Shown: piece by piece, positions 59,073 through 61,167 of the stretch
Layout of the letters: every line of letters begins with the position of its first letter
Position numbering within the stretch: the stretch's first letter is position 1
Assembly: GCA_031279185.1 (NCBI GenBank)
Contig: JAITIY010000025.1
Coordinates: forward strand, 1 to 61,167
Length of the DNA stretch: 61,167 nt
Direction of reading: 5' to 3'
Source: Holosporales bacterium
GTDB lineage: Bacteria > Pseudomonadota > Alphaproteobacteria > BNTO01
The notes under the pieces: generated by a model
The model's database searches: none
What the model was told of the DNA's origin: nothing
The model's input: the letters and a program-made list of their open reading frames with translations, nothing else
Program-made: the position numbers and the translations under genes

Positions 59073-59771
59073 ATGAATATAATTGATACGGCTATTTTGA
59101 TAGTTTTATTATTTGCAGCAATTATTGGATTCGCGAAAGGATTCATACGCGAGCTATCGTCAATAATAGCGTGGATTTTGGCTGGCATGGCTTCGTTTTG
59201 GGACATCCCAGTTTTGCAAACATTTATGCACGCACATTTTGACTCAGCGTTCGTCGCGGATATTGTTGCAGGAATTTTTGTATGCGTCATTGCATTTACC
59301 ATTGTTAGTCTGATCGGAACGATTTGTTCTGGGTTTATCCGGGGGACTATCATCTCGCCTATAGATAGATCTTTAGGTGCTATTTTATGCATCACTAAAT
59401 GGGTTATTTTGATTAGCTGTTTAGAAATTTCTGTCAGTTTTTTCATTTCACGAGATGAAATGCATAGCACAGTCAAACAAAGCGCATTAGTAAAAGTTAT
59501 TTACGAATTAAGCGATTGGATACTATCTGTTTTACCAAATGAACTTAAACAATTTTTAGACGAGTTGTCGTATAGAAAAGTCGTTGATGTTGCACATGAA
59601 ACTGACACCGCAATTAAAGAAACTGTTAAAGATTTGGGTACATTGTCAACGAAATCTGTAAATGATGTAGTCGGTGGAGAATATACTGTTGAGCAAAATG
59701 ATCAGTTAAATAGAGTATTAGAAGCTCAAAGTCAAAAACAAAATTATGAAACGGAAGTAGACACAAATTAA
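59073..59771 (+). CDS. cvpA: CvpA-family membrane protein (colicin V production protein homologue) with a hydrophilic C-terminal tail
   Basis: MNIIDTAILIVLLFAAIIGFAKGFIRELSSIIAWILA is the typical CvpA N-terminus. 4 TM. Confidence 0.85.
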   Translation: MNIIDTAILIVLLFAAIIGFAKGFIRELSSIIAWILAGMASFWDIPVLQTFMHAHFDSAFVADIVAGIFVCVIAFTIVSLIGTICSGFIRGTIISPIDRSLGAILCITKWVILISCLEISVSFFISRDEMHSTVKQSALVKVIYELSDWILSVLPNELKQFLDELSYRKVVDVAHETDTAIKETVKDLGTLSTKSVNDVVGGEYTVEQNDQLNRVLEAQSQKQNYETEVDTN

Positions 59772-59789
59772 AATTATTTTGGTGTAAAT

Positions 59790-60749
59790 GTGAAAGAAAA
59801 AGATTTACAACAAGTAGCCAGCCAAGTAGATCAATCTGAAAAAAATTTTATAAAAGATAATCCATCAAAAGATTTATCAAAAAGTACTGTGAGCAGCGAT
59901 GAAAAATCACAGGTATATGCACCCCCATTAGTAGCCGGCAGTTACGATATGCGAGGAAATGTTGTTCAGCAAAATGTTAAAATCAGTGAAGATTTAAATG
60001 AAGACAACAAAGAAAATGAACATAAAAACGCTAATGAATTAAGCGATACAATTCAGAGTAGTGAAAATCCAGAACTTATCGTTAAAGACGAGTTAACGGA
60101 ACAGTCTAATGCACTACAACCAAAGAACGGAGAGTACGAATATATTCACGAAGATGGTAAGCACAGTTTTCTCACTTATAAAAATGGTGAACTAAGTGGT
60201 CCAACACGAATTTTTAATAAATCCGGGGACTTGGAATTCGAAGGAGTTATGGAAAATGGCAAATTAAATGGAGTTTGTAAAATATACGACAATGGAATAT
60301 TAAAAAGCGAAACAATGATGCTAGATGATATTCCTAATGGTAAGTCAAGACAATTTGATGAAAATGGCATACTTACTACGGAAATTATGTTTAAGAATGG
60401 GAAAAAACACGGTGAAATGGTTCAATTTCATTCAAACGGAGAAATCTCATCAATAACAACTTTTGCTAATGACAAAATGAACGGCCCTTGCGAACATCGC
60501 AACGTTGACGGTAAGGTGTCGATAGAATCTGCTTATGCGAACGATAAACTTCATGGTTTAATGAAAAATTTTTACACCGGAGTGTACGGCAATGGAATAA
60601 TGCGTGAATCAAATTATGACAATGGTTTGCTTGCTGGAAAAGAGATTTTGTATCATTCTTCAGGATACATTTCGTCTGAATCTTACTACGAAAACGGTCA
60701 ATTGACTGCACCAACTAAAACGTATCCACCACCGAAAAAAATGAAATGA
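59790..60749 (+). CDS. MORN-repeat (MORN_2/YwqK-like) protein with an acidic N-terminal region (GTG start)
   Basis: At least 7 consecutive ~23-aa repeats of the form Y.NG.L.G....Y..NG.L (YKNGELSGPTRIF.., MENGKLNGVCKIY.., FKNGKKHGEMVQFHSNGE.., ANDKMNGP.., ANDKLHGL.., YDNGLLAGKEILYHSSG.., YENGQL). Confidence 0.8.
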   Translation: MKEKDLQQVASQVDQSEKNFIKDNPSKDLSKSTVSSDEKSQVYAPPLVAGSYDMRGNVVQQNVKISEDLNEDNKENEHKNANELSDTIQSSENPELIVKDELTEQSNALQPKNGEYEYIHEDGKHSFLTYKNGELSGPTRIFNKSGDLEFEGVMENGKLNGVCKIYDNGILKSETMMLDDIPNGKSRQFDENGILTTEIMFKNGKKHGEMVQFHSNGEISSITTFANDKMNGPCEHRNVDGKVSIESAYANDKLHGLMKNFYTGVYGNGIMRESNYDNGLLAGKEILYHSSGYISSESYYENGQLTAPTKTYPPPKKMK

Positions 60750-60881
60750 AAGTAGCATGTAAATAAAATTATTGGCGAAATTTTTGTAAAATCATCTGCA
60801 TGTGTGTTAGTTCAGATACATATGAGACTGCGCCACGGGCATTTAGGGCAGTAACGTTTGTGCAAGAGGCGAATCTGATGT

Positions 60882-60916
60882 ATGTCCAAGTTCAAACACA
60901 TGTGAGACTGTTTTAT
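60882..60916 (+). repeat. 35-nt exact repeat, copy 2 (ATGTCCAAGTTCAAACACATGTGAGACTGTTTTAT), intergenic
   Basis: Identical to 44038-44072. Confidence 0.9.
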
Positions 60917-60921
60917 AGAGT

Positions 60922-60950
60922 TTGATGCTGTTGTTGTTTGCGGAAATATT
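60922..60950 (+). promoter_or_regulatory. Promoter-like TTGATG-17 nt-AATATT, 5 nt downstream of repeat copy 2
   Basis: TTGATG at 60922-60927 and AATATT at 60945-60950. Same geometry relative to the repeat as at 44079-44107. Confidence 0.3.
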
Positions 60951-60985
60951 GTGGGTAACTCGAAGAGTTATCCACAATATTCCGC
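60940..60985. repeat. Imperfect ~20-bp inverted repeat (GCGGAAATATTGTGGGTAACT-cgaag-AGTTATCCACAATATTCCGC) containing a perfect DnaA box TTATCCACA (60968-60976) and an inverted near-box TTACCCACA
   Basis: Checked by hand reverse-complement. There is one bulged A and one G.T position. It overlaps the putative -10 at 60945-60950. Confidence 0.85.
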
Positions 60986-61053
60986 GTAGTATAAAGCAAA
61001 AACCTAAAAAGGTCCCTAGAATGAGTTTATAACCACTTATTTAAGGAGACCTT

Positions 61054-61167
61054 ATGCAGATTATTCATCCACACAAATCCATTGTTAACCTTTATTGTTT
61101 AGTCACGCCAGAGAAAAATGCGGAGTACAAACGACGTTTAGATCTTGTCAACAAATGGGAAGACCTC
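61054..61167 (+). CDS. 5' end of a hypothetical protein cut by the window edge (MQIIHPHKSIVNLYCLVTPEKNAEYKRRLDLVNKWEDL...)
   Basis: ATG preceded by AAGGAG (61043-61048) with a 5-nt spacer. The frame is open to the window end. Family not recognised. Confidence 0.5.
   Translation, partial: MQIIHPHKSIVNLYCLVTPEKNAEYKRRLDLVNKWEDL

Noticed and set aside
60940-60985. The long hairpin as a rho-independent terminator
   Set aside because: No T-run follows the stem on either strand.

Overview
This window is mostly housekeeping DNA from an AT-rich bacterium that looks like an obligately intracellular alphaproteobacterium (Rickettsiales/Holosporales-like; this is inference). Supporting signs are an ATP/ADP translocase (tlc), the alpha-type order rplO-secY-adk-rpsM-rpsK-rpoA-rplQ without infA/rpmJ, a PopZ/DUF2497 homologue, and an EIIA(Man)-HPr regulatory PTS pair.

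Nt 638-20442 (+ strand) hold tlc followed by a complete str-S10-spc-alpha ribosomal super-operon, rpsL through rplQ and including fusA, tuf, secY, adk and rpoA. The remaining ~40 kb is mixed-orientation core metabolism and envelope genes:
- tRNA-Val, HU, comF, tRNA-Gln, and an EIIA-HPr-gap operon
- alanine:cation symporter, lepB, rnc, dedA, valS, yggT, sixA, dprA, rluB-like
- fis-like, lolC/E and a GspF/PilC-like gene in one co-directional run
- eno, rnhA, an OMP, a small PnuC-repeat protein with tdk, yidC, bioY, an orphan secreted protein
- potA, potB, secA, prfB, mraY, a porin with a long disordered N-terminal extension, an HD protein, PopZ-like, pal, fabZ, glmU, cvpA, a MORN-repeat protein

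I saw no rRNA, CRISPR array, prophage, recognisable defence system or intact IS element.

The observations most worth a second look:
1. A 98-aa, 3-TM half-size PnuC-like protein sits 6 nt upstream of thymidine kinase. This may be a nucleoside uptake-and-trap module and a SemiSWEET-like form of the Pnu fold.
2. prfB lacks the canonical +1 frameshift but has an in-frame UGA at codon 5 of its apparent N-terminus.
3. Base composition steps sharply, from roughly 48% GC in the first 20 kb (intergenic spacers included) to roughly 36% in the rest. Extra GC-rich islets cover an OMP gene and an orphan secreted-protein gene.
4. An exact 35-bp repeat with a CACATGTG palindrome sits 5-6 bp upstream of two promoter-like sequences. 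One of these is followed by a ~20-bp inverted repeat containing a perfect DnaA box.

All homology calls are by-eye recognition of motifs, and nothing was searched against a database.
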